A DNA stretch of 64,000 nt from Iphione sp. A-MEVVRFRX5 (GCA_976226885.1 OZ320315.1:25234001-25298000), one strand, 5' to 3'; shown: positions 12,931 to 25,349, counted from the stretch's first letter. Notes: a model not told the origin generated them from the letters alone. Made by a program: numbers and translations.

Positions 12931-13380
12931 ACACCGACGGACTTGTCATTGCACATACAATGTGTGAATGGGAGCGCTTATTGCCGTAGTGTGCTAGCAC
13001 CATTTGCGCTTGTCAATCTGCCCAATGGTTGTGGAGCAATTGTGGACCAGATGTCCTTACCTATGTATTATCTGCAGAGGAGTGAATACGAGGTTGAGAG
13101 GGACCCTATAGTGTTGCAACTGGGTTGGTTGTGAACGAATTGCTGGTGTGGACCCCGAATATGCCTGAAGCTCCCAACTCAACAGCCGGAATGCATCCGT
13201 TGCCCACCATGCTAGAGTCTGGCATGGCCGATATAATGCAGCCTATTAACAAATTACATGATCAGGTCGCAAATAGCCCACTCCTACCAGGAGTTTCCAT
13301 CACGTCCACGATAATTTTGGCTTGAGGTGTATTGAGCTCCGCTTTGACTTTGGGAATGTGTTGTTATTGTTGATTCTGTA
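12931..13380 (+). pseudogene. env: env-like gene, C-terminal Cys-rich and transmembrane part
   Basis: LHIQCVNGSAYC...LPNGCGA; ITSTIILA*GVLSSALTLGMCCYC is a TM segment followed by Cys cluster. Confidence 0.7.
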
Positions 13381-14812
13381 GCAGGGAAGGTGGACACCCA
13401 GACCAGAGTGTGAGTACGGGAACGTCAGGATTGGTGAGTGGGTCAACCGGAATTACCTTTAATTTAGGGGAAACCTGTACTAACAATAATTCCGACCAAG
13501 ATGTTCGACCTACTAATGCTGCTGTCACTGCTGTCCCAACAGTTAGAGGTATTTAGACCGGAACCAAACAATGGAGCAATTGCTACTGCTCCTAGGAAGT
13601 ACCCCTTCTCAGTGTTTCATTAAGTGGGATGAGAGTCCATAGTTGGCAGGTGGAGAGAATTTGAAAAAAAACTATGTGTATTGGCCAATAAATGTGCTGT
13701 TGTGTAATTGTTTAATCAAGAATAATGATAAGAGGATTACAACAGTAATTAGGGTACAATATCATTGTGCATATACCTGGAGAAGTGTAATCTGCAAACA
13801 AGCTGTGAACACCTGTATCATATTTTCGAAAAGGGAGGGCATAAGATTGGGTTGCCAGGGAGGAGAAGGGAGCCTCCACTTTGTACATATTGTTTCGGAG
13901 ACTCCTTCTCACTCCTGTGGACCCCTGGTCCGAACCTTAGGGCACCAGATTCTTTCTTTCTTCTTCTCAAATTTCTCCTTCCCCAAGATCGCTGATCAAA
14001 AGTGGGCCAGGTTTTAACCTGTAACCCCCCTTGTGGAAGTGTTTTCTCATGGTCACACAGTGAGTCAGAACTGGTGAATGCTCCAAGTATTTATGGTAGT
14101 GTTCTCGGATTTCTATTCCTCTTCTTTTATCCTTCACTTGCACTCAGAAGTTATTGACTCCCTGAGAATGAACTACAGATGCATGGAGATATTGAATGTC
14201 CAGAGTGTGGGTGTATCTCCCTTCTGGCGTTAAGCTGTGCATGTCGCCATCTTTGTGCAGTGAGCATTCTTATTATAATATACTTTATCTTGTGAGGGAT
14301 GGGTAATGGTACCCTCAGTTATATATTTCAATGTGCCAATGACAGACATCGAGACATCAATCTGAATGTAAACACTGTCTGTAACATAACTGTTTTCCTG
14401 TACGGATGATCACAGTAACAGAATATAATGCAATCTGGCGACCTAACATGATGCCTTCTTCCAGTAGCATGTGCCGGATCAGGAATTGGCTGGGTTGATT
14501 CTGCGGTAAAACGAGGGCCGCATGAGCTGAAATGGTTCCAGTATGTATCAAAGCTAGTTTGATTTGTTCAGAAGATGATGATGCGAGTTGTGGCTTAATT
14601 TCTTTTCTGTACTTGATGTGCCTGTGTAATGGGGCATTGCTCTCAAGAGGGGGAGGGATGTAAACACAGTACTGTTAGTATTAAGTTTCTATGCATGCAA
14701 AAGGGAGTACTGTGTATGCAAAGTGTATAGTTATAAGTTGTTAAGAAGGGCCTTTAAAGAGAGATGTAGTTGAAATTTTTTCGTTGGCATATGTGACGCT
14801 GTTTTTGTAAAC

Positions 14813-15049
14813 ATGTTGATTCCTCATCTTATTAATGAGGTGACAATTACATTTGATGAAAGAATCAATACTCTTCATGATAAAGTTGCCCGAAACCCCT
14901 TGATGCCAGGCACTTCACTGTTATCAACGATTATGTGGGTCCTTGGAGGACTGAGTTCAGCATTGACCATATATGGCTGTTGCTATTTTTTTTTTAACAG
15001 TTTTATTTATCCTGGATATTTACACTGTAGTGTTTGCATCCAGCAGTAG
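14813..15049 (+). pseudogene. Second, diverged env C-terminal/TM fragment
   Basis: INTLHDKVARNPLMPGTSLLSTIMWVLGGLSSALTIYGCCYF aligns with INKLHDQVANSPLLPGVSITSTIILA*GVLSSALTLGMCCYC. Confidence 0.75.
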
Positions 15050-16199
15050 CATTCATTTCTTCAACATTAAAGTCTTTTATTATGCCTTATGTAGGATGTT
15101 TTAACAATAACTGTATCGCTGTAATTGTAGTATCGTCTAAGTATGACACTTTCACAAAGTATGTTATTTGCTCATAATTCCTTAGTCATATAGACACTCA
15201 GTACTGAATTTCATCCAGTCTGTTTGTGAAAAAGATGATGTGGTAGCTTTCAGTTTTATCACATTATTAAAAGTATCAACCTGAATCACATTCAGTTGTA
15301 GATGTTGTTTCACAAGATTGATGCCTCCACACTACTGAATTACATCCAGTGGTGTTCGATCGTCCATTGTATATATGGTGTTTTGGGCAGGATGAGGGTT
15401 ATTTCTTATGTGTGTCTCCAAGTCACTCTTGTTTCATAATGGCTAATTTGTCATGACAAGAATGTAGCATATGTTGCTCAATCACATAACATCTGTTGCA
15501 GTAATAGTCTTTGTTTTATACCTACTTGTCACAGTATGTCAGTTAAGCTGGGACATTGATAATCATGGCGAGATTCCTCTCTCTCCTTTTCTTTTTCAAA
15601 ACATTTCTGTATTGGTTATATAGAAGCCAAGTTTCCCAACCCTGCTGGTCGTTCCACAAACTAACACTTTTGTACATAGGACTATATTTAAACTTTTCAT
15701 GTTTCAGTCTGAGTGTCATTAATTTCCATTTTGCTTTTGACCCAGTCTTTCTGCATGCAGACGTTGGTTTATCACAGTCATACTGGGATACATTTCAATC
15801 AAAGTCCAGTTGTAGTTTTAACAGACGTAACAAAGTACAGTTGCTGTTGTAACAATATTCATCCTGCCCCATTTTTAAGGTGACCATATCTGCATTGGTC
15901 AGCATTACTAGGTAAAGTTTCCTTCGTCAACTCATTAACTTAAAGTAAATATTATTCTCATTCAGTAGGACACACTGACCATAGTCAATTATAGGGAGTA
16001 TCATAGTATGCAATATTTTCATTGCACATTGAAGGTCCATGTACCTCCTGATTATTATGTAGTACCTTATTTTTTGTGTACCCTTATGCAATAGTTGTTT
16101 AATAAATGGCTCCCATGTTCAATGGTGGTTAATCGTTACATAAGTATTTCATTTTTGTCACTTGCTTGATCTTTATGCCACCTAGCCTTAAGTTTAAAC

Positions 16200-17200
16200 T
16201 ACTGTTGTTTTACTATACGATAGCTGCATACATGTTGTTTTAGTTGTCTTAATTATATCCTGCTGTCATTAGCCCATTTTTCTAGATTTGTCAGTTCTTT
16301 CTACATCTTGACCTCTGCTTCTTTCAAAGTCCTGTCAGTGGCTATTAATGCCACATCATCTGCATACATCAGACACTTGCAATGCTGTAATGATTGCGGT
16401 AGGCTATTAATAAAAATCAGGAATAATGTAAGGCCCAATACGGACCCCTGAGGTGCGCCACATCGTACATTTTTATATTCAGAATAGTCTCTATCAATTT
16501 TAACCCTCTGTTTTCTATCTTGTAAATAAAGAATAAACCTGTCCAATTTAATTTCAAAACCCATCCCTTCCAGTCTATCGACTTTTATTTTATGAGAAAT
16601 AGAATTGAATGCTTTAGAAACATCAATAAATGCTATTACAACCTTAAATGCTTCATTTAATTGTAGGTGGGCATTGTTAACAATCTCAGTTATTGCTAGA
16701 TCTGTTCCCCAATTTCTCCTGAATCTGTACTGTTTATCTGACAGCAGATTATTTTTTCCAGGTAGTCATGCACCCTATCGTTTATAAGTGATTCAACCAT
16801 CTTAGCGATTACTGATATTGTACTTAAAGGTCAATAGTTTAAACAGTCATTCCTATCACCTGCTTTATAAATCGGTACTGCATATTTTCCAATCTTGCGG
16901 AACCACACATTTATCAAAACTGCTGTGTATTATATGTTTCAGTTCATATATTTGTTTTGTTAAGATATGTTTGAAGACTGCACCTGGGATATCTCCTACT
17001 TTAGTTGCTTTGTTTTCAGAGATACTGGCTATTTCACGATGTATCTCCTCTAAGGTTATCTCCACCGACCTAAAATGTTTGCCACAGTTTGCCACTGTGT
17101 ATTCCATATTTTTTTCCAACCGACTGGCAATGTTCTATCTCGCACTTATGAAGGCTTCATGAATTTTCATTGCCACATCTGCATTACTTAGTATAGGTCC
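16200..17200 (-). mobile_element. LINE (CR1/L2-like) RT fragment
   Basis: CGAPQGSVLGLTLFLIFIN and MYADDVALI in 16301-16564; KATKVGDIPG and VPQDWK in 16865-17119. Confidence 0.92.
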
Positions 17201-18393
17201 ATCTGTGGTTTGCTTTTGTGAAATTCGCGTTGCCGTGGGAGCACGCAGGGATTCACTTTCCCCTGGGATCGTAATGGGGGTTAATGTAGGGACAGAACAC
17301 CTCTGGTATGGGACTACTTTCAGGTCCTGTACTTCCTTCTTCTCCTTCTTCCTTTCTTCGATCCAAAGGCTGTTTCAGTCTCGGGTCACAATCTGATGTC
17401 CTTCTTCTCTGTCCCCAATCAGGGCTCAATAAAGTTGTAGTACCATCAGAGCAGGGCTCAATAAAGTTGTAGTTCTGTCAGAGCGTCCTGTGTTGATGCA
17501 CTTTTTGTGTTGTTTCATGTGTTGGTAAAGACACCTTCAACAAATGCTATCATACAGTAGTAGAGGTTGGAGAAGGGATATGACAAGGAGTCCTGGTGTA
17601 CAGTTTCCAGAGGGTTTTTATTACTGAGCACATCGATGGGATGATGCTCTCCCCTCCTGACACCACAAGATAGTACAATGGGTATGTGGCAGACTTAACT
17701 TACTAGGGTAGATGCCAGACTTAGGAGTCAGACCAGAGCCTCAGTCTTGCAGTCCCAGGCAGGAGAGCCAGGGTTCATGTAATAGATGAAGGGAAGGGCC
17801 CGGGATGGCCCTAGGCAGGCTGGCTGGCTGGAGTCCTGGATGGCTGTCTGGCTGCCTGGAGAAGACTGGAGGCCTGGAGGCTTTTGGGTGCAGGAGAGGT
17901 CTGGTCTGATCTCAGCCGCCATCTTCAGGTGTGGATCCCAGGAGCGAGATACCCAGGGGAGGTGTGCATGCTCCTTATATCCTACCCTGTCCCTGGCTAC
18001 TCTCTTCCTATTGGCTGAGGGACGGACTGCCCTGATTGGCCAGTAGGGGAAGAAGGGCTTCTTTGATTGGCTCGCATAAGTAAGTACCCAATGCCTAAAT
18101 GCCAGAGGATCAAAGAAATTCTGAGAGGTCATAAAATGAGGGCTATAAACTGGCCTTAAACCAAAAAGGCAATAAAATTTGGACTCAGAACCATAAAACC
18201 TGGTACTGCCCGGGGAGCGTGAAGCCAGGCTCTTCGAAGTGGCCGACATCTGGTATTGGGTCATAAAAAGGGATCATTCTGTTATGGTATGTTAGCTCCC
18301 TTTGGCTGGGGTCATAAAAAGGTAGCAATTTGTTTTGATGTGCTTGCTACATTCCGGCTAGGTCATTAAAAGGTAGAAATTTCTCTGATCTGC

Positions 18394-18736
18394 TTAACTA
18401 CATTCCTGAGGGGAGTATTGGTGTCTCTGGGGTGGGGGTGTGTGTCTGTATGAGTGTGTGTGAGTATATGCCAGCGAGTTGGTGCAAAAGGGCCTAAAGA
18501 GAGTTTCAGTTTGTTTTTGTATGGAAAAATCGATATTTGAGGGAGTTGTTGATTTAACACTTTGGAATTCCTTCTTTTGGTTTTTGTAGGCCTGATTCTC
18601 TTTTAAGGTTATCCCAGAATTTGTGCGGATCGTTTCTATGACAGTAACATTTCTCTTCCAAGTAGTTCTTTCTTGCTTGAGTAACATTAGTCTTTACCTC
18701 ATATTTCTGCTGGAAAGGCCTTTCTATTGAAAACAT
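18394..18736 (-). mobile_element. LINE ORF2 linker fragment
   Basis: ARKNYLEEKCYCHRNDPHKFWDNLK resembles the EN-RT linker seen in the other LINEs in this window. Confidence 0.6.
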
Positions 18737-19154
18737 CAGTCATAGACTTATGTAGAAGATGAAGGAAAGGAAAATTAACATGGAGAGTATACAAGCTAAT
18801 AAAGGTGTGAATTAATTCTCAATAAAGAGGCTGTCAGTCCAAGTCCAGCTTCACACTGTTTTATTCCAAGGATCCTAGCCTTTATATAGATATCAATTCT
18901 GGTCTAATCTCTCTACAGTTCTATGAAGAAGTATAAAATCAACACATACCTGCTATTATGTTTTGGTTAAATTTGAATGAATTACTATCATGATGTCTTA
19001 TTTCTCACCTTTTGACCCCATACCACAGGTTGAACATTGTCCAAGGCACCCAGCAATAGGGCAATTATGACCTTAGGTTTAAGCTAGACTGAGGTTTTTA
19101 AGGAGAAATAATTATAATGAACAACACAAATGTTCTTGTAATATTTGTATCATC

Positions 19155-19861
19155 TTATGCTAAGTATCTCATAGAGTTCATTACTGAAAAGACAAAATCA
19201 GTTCCAATTGGAACATCTACATTTGTAAACATCCTTCTTGTCCTGTGAATTTCCTTTGTTATTCCCATCTTGTTGAACATTTCAATTGCAATGGTGTTTT
19301 CATGAATTACCAGTGCCTCAATTTTGGTAGTAATAGGAATATTCTGAAGCAATTTCCACATAAGGAACATGGCAATTGCTTTATTATCTGCATAGATTGG
19401 CATAAGACAAAAATATTGTGACTTTTCCTGTAGAGTACCCCATCCCACAATGTTTCCATTCACTAGTGCAACTGTGGAAGTATAAGCAGACTGGATACAC
19501 CAATTTAGGGAAGTACGGCGATTCAGTGGTTGAATTTTTCTGTCATACTCAATAATTTTTTCGAGTGGAACAGATGAAGCTGGAATCATTTTGATTGTTT
19601 CATCAGGCTTGTCCTTAATGGTTATTTGTGCCACTTGAAATTGATAAAAATATAAAGTTAATGTTGATATGTTAAAACCCCTTGCAGCATACATGCTCTG
19701 CATATTCCATGTTGAATTCATGCCAACATTTCTATTACCCAGAGCCTGGTAACTTTTCTCAAACACTTGACTACCAATACCTTGTCTTTGCAGTGACTTT
19801 TCAGTGCGATACAAGGCCATGAATCCGTTATTTTCATCCAATACCATTGCAGAACAGCAAC
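19155..19861 (-). CDS. GNAT-family N-acetyltransferase (two-domain, YitH-like), exon 2
   Basis: Motif A QRQGIG, MYAARGF; second degenerate GNAT domain (GWGTL, LMPIYAD, LVIHEN). Acceptor ctaacacag ends at 19862; no internal stops. Confidence 0.88.
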
Positions 19862-20265
19862 CTGTGTTAGAGGCAGCAAAAAGTACATGGTCACATATAC
19901 ATGATTATTTTTAAACTATTAACAAGCTTTGTCAATAACTCATAGTTCTCTCATAATTTTGAGGCTCAGAATTGTTTCTTTCAATTATATTACCTGCATT
20001 CAAAAAAGAGCATTACTTTAAAGATGACTCCAACTTGGCATGAGGATTGTCATTCACTAGAAGGTGGTAATGGTTAGGTGATAAAATGGTAGTATAGAAG
20101 GACAGAGGCACACTATCATTGAGAACTGTTACATTCAAAGACAATTGAAGGATGAAGAATATTCCAGCTTCTTAGAGGTCAGTCAGTTCACAATGGTTTG
20201 CTTGATCTTGCAGATTTATAAAGCTTTTAATGCTTATATTAGGAGCCATTGATAGAAGTACTTAC

Positions 20266-20473
20266 TTATGATTTTCCTATCCGGTAAGGAAGCTACAAAG
20301 AATCCTTTTGGATAGAGGTTATAGCATGCTGCAATAAACTGTATACTTTCATTCCGATCTTCCTCCCTGGCTAAAGTCAAAAGTCCTTCAAAATCCTTCC
20401 TGGTTGCTAGCCTGATAGTATAGTTTACTCTGGTTGAGATATTCTTGAATAAGAGCTTATACACTAAAGCCAT
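20266..20473 (-). CDS. GNAT acetyltransferase exon 1 (start codon uncertain; frame is open to 20641)
   Basis: YTIRLATRKDFEGLLTLAREE...YPKGFFVA is a GNAT N-terminus. Phase-1 GTAAGT donor at 20265 joins exon 2 in frame (KII-S-CCSAMVLD), giving 304 aa from ATG 20473. Confidence 0.8.
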
Positions 20474-21424
20474 CCTAATGTGTACTGTCAGTTGTTCTAC
20501 AGGCACACTGAGGAAAAATTCATCTGACTGTCCCACTGACACACATTCTTTAGATAAATATTTAGAAGACATCACAATATAACAATGGTCCATGCATGGT
20601 GATGAAGTAGACCACATCAAGTAGGCTCTGTTTAGTTTCAATTTATTCAGCAGATACAGGTTGCTAAATCACCAGAGAGCATTATTGACTCTAGACTTAT
20701 AAACTCATGATATGTCGTGAACAAGTGTGTCCCTAGCGAAGAAAGACCTTTCTCTGGATTAAACCAGAAAGGAATAATCAAACCTTACCAGCATGACAGG
20801 GCAGGCAATTCTAAGGGATAGTACAGCTAAAGGCTCATGGACAGATTTATGAAACTTCAGTGATATTTGCAGATGCTGGGGAAGACATGATCTTAGGGAA
20901 CAACTTCCTCTTAGATCAAGATGTCATTATTAATTTCCTCGGGCAAGAAGCAGAAATAGGAAAACATACTCACTAATTGTTGTTTAAGTCAGATAATAGA
21001 ATTAAGCACGCAATTGATGATGCTCAAAAAAGATGCATTTGTATGGCTTTCAGGTATGAAACAAGGACAGTCTTCTTCCCGGTAAGAAATTTGTAAGATT
21101 TTGAGGAAAGGAAGGCAAGGATGTGTTATCAAAACTTATAGTCTTGCACCATATTTAAAGGGCACTGCTCTGACTGTTACTGGCACAGGAATGACAAACA
21201 ATGGATTCCAACTAATGAAACAGTATGAATAACCTTTTGGTACAATACATTCAAAACTTATTGGCAAAATGTACTTATGATACACAGAAAAATCTTCTGA
21301 CTATCAATTACCTGAAACTTATCCCATTGGCTAGACAAAAACCAACTTAGAATGTGAGATTATATCAAATGATGAATAAAGATTAATAGCTAGATAAATA
21401 GGTAGATTTCCTAATTATCAGCAA

Positions 21425-22200
21425 GTGAAATCAACTGAACAGGATAAAAAGGATGATATCCCGAATATCCAAATTAAAAATATAACAGGCACCACCATAA
21501 CTACATTGAGAGTCACTGGATTAGGACACCAAGTTACAGCCTCCAGGGATGACTGCAAATATGTGGACAAGTGTAGGAAGGGCAGGGGGGGCGGGGGATG
21601 GCACTGGTGATTTATTATAAAGAGAGGTTCATCCTTCAGAAGGTATGCAAGTTCTCCTCCAATGCTTCAAAGTGTCAGATGCTTGCTGTTAGCCTGAAGC
21701 TCGGCCGTTATTGAATATTGAATATTTCATTGACCTTCACCGTGGATACAGAGATTTCACAGCACAATTATTGGTGAGGAGAAAAGAAATACACAAACAT
21801 AATAAAAAGATAATTGTTAAGGTTAACATAGGTAAGCGTCAATGCTGGATTTCAGTAGTTCGGCATACCTGAATGACACATTCAATCATTGTAAGCAGTT
21901 GATTGACACAGCATGATGACTCATACGCTACTTGTAATTGCTATAAAGATAGATACTCCATGTAAGCTTGCATTTAGTCACTTATCCATAGGCTAGAGCA
22001 GATTGCTACCTGGTAAACTTACATTAGACAAGAGTCACATTCATGACCAGATCACTCACCATATCAAAAAGTACTACATGGGTGATTCTGTAACAGATTC
22101 ATTTACTCAGTGGGAGCTGCATAATAGGTTGTGTAGATAGTTGCCAGCTAATACAACAGGAAAGATTTCGTTATAATTGCTGGTACCCATCGAACATCAT
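21425..22200 (+). mobile_element. Highly decayed LINE endonuclease remnant
   Basis: RKGRGGGG followed by LVIYYKE and KQLID resemble APE-endonuclease motifs; heavily broken. Confidence 0.4.
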
Positions 22201-22642
22201 GTCATATTGAAAGTGTTTGGAGAGAAAGTAGAGGATCCTGCGTGTTAGAGACCAGTCAGTCCTTCCCAGCCCTGCTAGGATGGCTCTTTAATGAGCTCGG
22301 CTAATACTTCCATTTTGGTTTCGGTAGCCTTTCGGCCTGCTTTATTTCCGATGGTAGCCCATTCATTCACATTCCACCACCCCTCTGTAGGACAAGCCTC
22401 TGGCAAATGCTGTGCTTTAAGGTTTCATTGCCCGGCCTCTGGGGCCTGCACCACCCCTGGTTTTGGGGGCTGGGGCTTTGCTCCTGAGTTTCTTATGACA
22501 TGAGATGGTGGAACGCATGAAGGCCATGGTCATCGTTAATGGTATCCACTCTATCCATGTTTAGAATTTCTTTGACTCGCCTGGCACTAAAGAACTCACT
22601 TGTTTGAATTACCAGTCTGGCACAGCAGTTGATGTGGATTTG

Positions 22643-22960
22643 TAAGGCCCCAAAAAATAGGTGTTTCGACCACCCAAAAACCTAGGTAGGGAGGGGGGGT
22701 TTAGAAATTTTCTTTCCTCTGGTTTTCATTAATAATAAAGACAATATGAAGAAATGTGATCAATTTTGCATTTTTTTATTGAATTTCAATGGATTTTGTT
22801 GTTTTCCTAGTGAATTTACCAAAACCACATGCTGTGAAAAACATGTATCTAAGAAAATTCAGCCTTGGAAACTCCTTGGGACCAAAAAAGTTTTAGGTAG
22901 GGTGAGGTTTTACCAGGTAGGGGTGGGTTACCAGAGACACACCTATATTTTTTTGCCTAA
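22643..22960. mobile_element. MITE-like element with imperfect ~25-bp terminal inverted repeats
   Basis: Left taaggccccaaaaaataggtgtttc versus reverse complement of right end ttaggcaaaaaaatataggtgtgtctc; no coding capacity. Confidence 0.6.
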
Positions 22961-24059
22961 GCCAAGCAAATCACCAGGCTGCTTCACTCTGTACTGAAGC
23001 ACTGCAAAGTAGTACAGGTGGTTACCAATCAAAGCTTTAAAGCATGCTGCCAATTGGAGAAAACTCTTCATCCTATATAGTTGGATGGCAGTGGCAACAG
23101 TTGCATGCTGCATTCTCAATCCATGGAGGTTGAGGTCAAGGTCCATGGGGGTGACTCTAGCAACCTTCAAGGCATCCGGATAGGAGCTATTGACCCATAT
23201 CCTCCCAAACAACCAGCTGAGGAAATCAAGGTTTCCCAACAATGCCAGTTTCAGGATCCATGGTGGAATGCCATCAATCCCTGAGGCTTTGTTGGTTTTT
23301 ACCTTGCTAACAAGGGGCCACAGCATCACAGGAGTGGGATCTGTTACAGCCAAGACCCCCCTAGCACCCACGAGATGGGTGCAATATTGGGTCGAGAAGC
23401 CGGGGGGGTGCAATATCGGGTCAACTAATCTTTCCACTGAGTCCACAAGGTGGTTGTTGAATTTGTGTGACAGTTTTGATAGATCCCCCCCTCACAGAGT
23501 CAGGGTCTATTGGGAGGACTGTATTAGTCCTGTCCTTCCCAACAGCATCATTTAGGACACCTCAAAGCTGTCTTGGGTCTTCTTTAGAATCTCTGATATG
23601 CTGATGCCAGTACAGGCACTTTTTTTAAATGAGGGTATTTTTATCCTTTACACTAGAAATTTGTAAATGCGCCTGTTATTCCAGTCAGGCATGCTCTTGT
23701 GCTCACGCATTTGGCATATCAAGGCCAGTTCCCCCTTGCAGATGGAGGAAAAGCAGTCCCAGGCCTTAGAGTGGTCGCCAACCATTGCAAATCCTTTGTC
23801 ATGCAGTTTGTCAAGTAGTTGTGGCATATCAACAAAATGCTATCGTCTTACCTGCACCTTTGTTCTAGAAAGGCCCTTCACTCCTTTCTTCAGGTAGAAG
23901 GCAACAGGCCAGCGGTAACTGACCAGCGAGTGCAAGATAGTGGCCTCAATGAGATTTTCACCTAAAAGCCAGATGTGATTAGTGACTTACAATCGTGCTG
24001 CCTTATACCATCTGCACCAGGTCAGAATCATTGCTCAGATTGGTTAACAATATAGCTAC
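22961..24059 (-). mobile_element. Decayed LINE ORF2 fragment (EN end, linker, RT start), split by the Gypsy insertion
   Basis: KVKTNKASGIDGIPPWILK...PDALKVARVTP in 22943-23446; endonuclease remnants continue at 36188-36600. Confidence 0.75.
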
Positions 24060-24347
24060 TGTAATTTAATGGCTGACTTCCTCACTTGGTGTAATCCAAC
24101 TAAGTCCAACTCGCTTAGTTACTCCACTATAATTCCAGTGATATTTTATCCAAGTCCTAACTCCAGGATAATTCTCTGTTAAATCTCCCACTTGGTAGAT
24201 CCAGCTATGTCTAGTGCTATCCTGTCTCAGTTCCTTCACTGTAGTCCCAGTGCGGTTACATCCAAGTGCCAACCCTAGGTAATCCAAGTGGGTTTGTTAC
24301 ATCCCCAAATCAACAAGGTCCACTAGTGAGGTCCAAGTGCAAACTGT

Positions 24348-24353
24348 TTTATT
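24348..24353 (-). terminator. AATAAA polyadenylation signal in the 3' LTR
   Basis: tttatt on +, about 20 nt downstream (minus sense) of the LTR TATA box. Confidence 0.6.
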
Positions 24354-24609
24354 GGCCACACAGGGCCCATATTTATAGTCAAACTCCTGGTCGCGTGATC
24401 AATACAATGTATCAGTCATGGAATAAAAAGGCTACAACATTCCAAAGACTTTTTTTTTTGTCTACCAATCATATTGCAGGTGCCTTGTCATCCAGGGTCC
24501 AAGGTGACCTTAAACATCCTATATGCCTGTGGTACCACAGGCCATTCAGCATAAATGACTGTGGTGCCCCAGGCAGTCCCAAGCTCACCCTCCAGTACAC
24601 ATGCACCAA

Positions 24610-25262
24610 GGTCTTAGAGTTCATCAAGTACGACATAAGTGACTGTGGTGTCACAGGCAACGTTACTACAACCACCTACACAACTGTGTGGCCACAGGCA
24701 ACATTACTACTAAGTCTTAGAGTTCATCAAGTGCAACACAAGTGGCTGTGGAACCACAGGCAGTATTGCTATTACGTCTTAGAGTTCGCTAAGTACAACA
24801 CGAGTGGCTGTGGTGCCACAGGCAACATTACTACTAAGTCTTAGAGTTCATCAAGTGCAACACAAGTGGCTGTGGAACCACAGGCAGTATTACTATAACG
24901 TCTTAGAGTTCGCTAAGTACAACACGAGTGGCTGTGGTGCCACAGGCGACATTACTACTAAGTCTTAGAGTTCATCAAGTGCAACACAAGTGGCTGTGGA
25001 ACCACAGGCAGTATTACTATTACGTCTTAGAGTTCGCTAAGTACAACACGAGTGGCTGTGGTGCAACAGGCGACATTACTACTAAGTCTTAGAGTTCATC
25101 AAGTGCAACACAAGTGGCTGTGGAACCACAGGCAGTATTACTATTACGTCTTAGAGTTTGCTAAGTACAACACGAGTGGCTGTGGTGCCACAGGCGACAT
25201 TACTACTAAGTCTTAGAGTTCATCTACCATAACATACGTGGCTGCGGCGCCACAGGTAACAT
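24610..25262. repeat. U3 tandem array: 62-bp monomers in 124-bp A/B dimers, each with a CTGTGG-NN-CCACAG palindrome
   Basis: Dimers start at 24714, 24838, 24962 and 25086, with a partial unit at 25210. Confidence 0.97.
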
Positions 25263-25274
25263 TGTCACATTACA

Positions 25275-25287
25275 CTCTCCCCACCTT
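25275..25287 (-). other. Polypurine tract
   Basis: AAGGTGGGGAGAG immediately upstream of the 3' LTR on the minus strand. Confidence 0.9.
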
Positions 25288-25349
25288 AAAAATAGTCTGC
25301 CGGGGGAAGTGAAAACCTGTTTCCCTGAGAAGTACATCCTGAGCCAATA

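Larger units (their letters stand above)
1449..13380 (+). mobile_element. Decayed Ty3/Gypsy LTR retrotransposon with env-like third ORF (interrupted by insertions at 7544-11919 and 12121-12930; LTRs not identified)
   Basis: Order gag (CCHC) - protease - RT - RNase H - integrase - env on the + strand, all with many stops and frameshifts. Integrase after RT/RNase H is the Gypsy order. Outer boundaries are approximate. Confidence 0.9.
24060..25274 (-). repeat. 3' LTR
   Basis: Matches 34957-36187 with about 11 substitutions, one 17-bp duplication and a 1-nt poly-T difference (manual count). Confidence 0.98.

Noticed and set aside
13640-14040. Candidate 3' LTR of the env-bearing Gypsy
   Set aside because: A purine-rich stretch and AATAAA are present, but I could not find a matching copy upstream of gag (1-1450).
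17728-18264. 178-aa minus-strand ORF with low-complexity GC-rich sequence
   Set aside because: No recognisable motif; probably part of an unclassified repeat.
20790-20960. Protease-like fragment MILGNNFLLDQDVII
   Set aside because: A single short motif without the catalytic DTG; likely TE debris but not enough to annotate.
24266-24844. ORFs within the LTRs (also 35180-35757)
   Set aside because: They are read-through of the tandem array and duplicated only because the LTR is duplicated; no domain signal.
24610-25262. Regular 62-bp palindromic repeats resembling a CRISPR array
   Set aside because: There are no unique spacers (units alternate A/B), no cas genes, the context is eukaryotic and the array lies inside LTRs.
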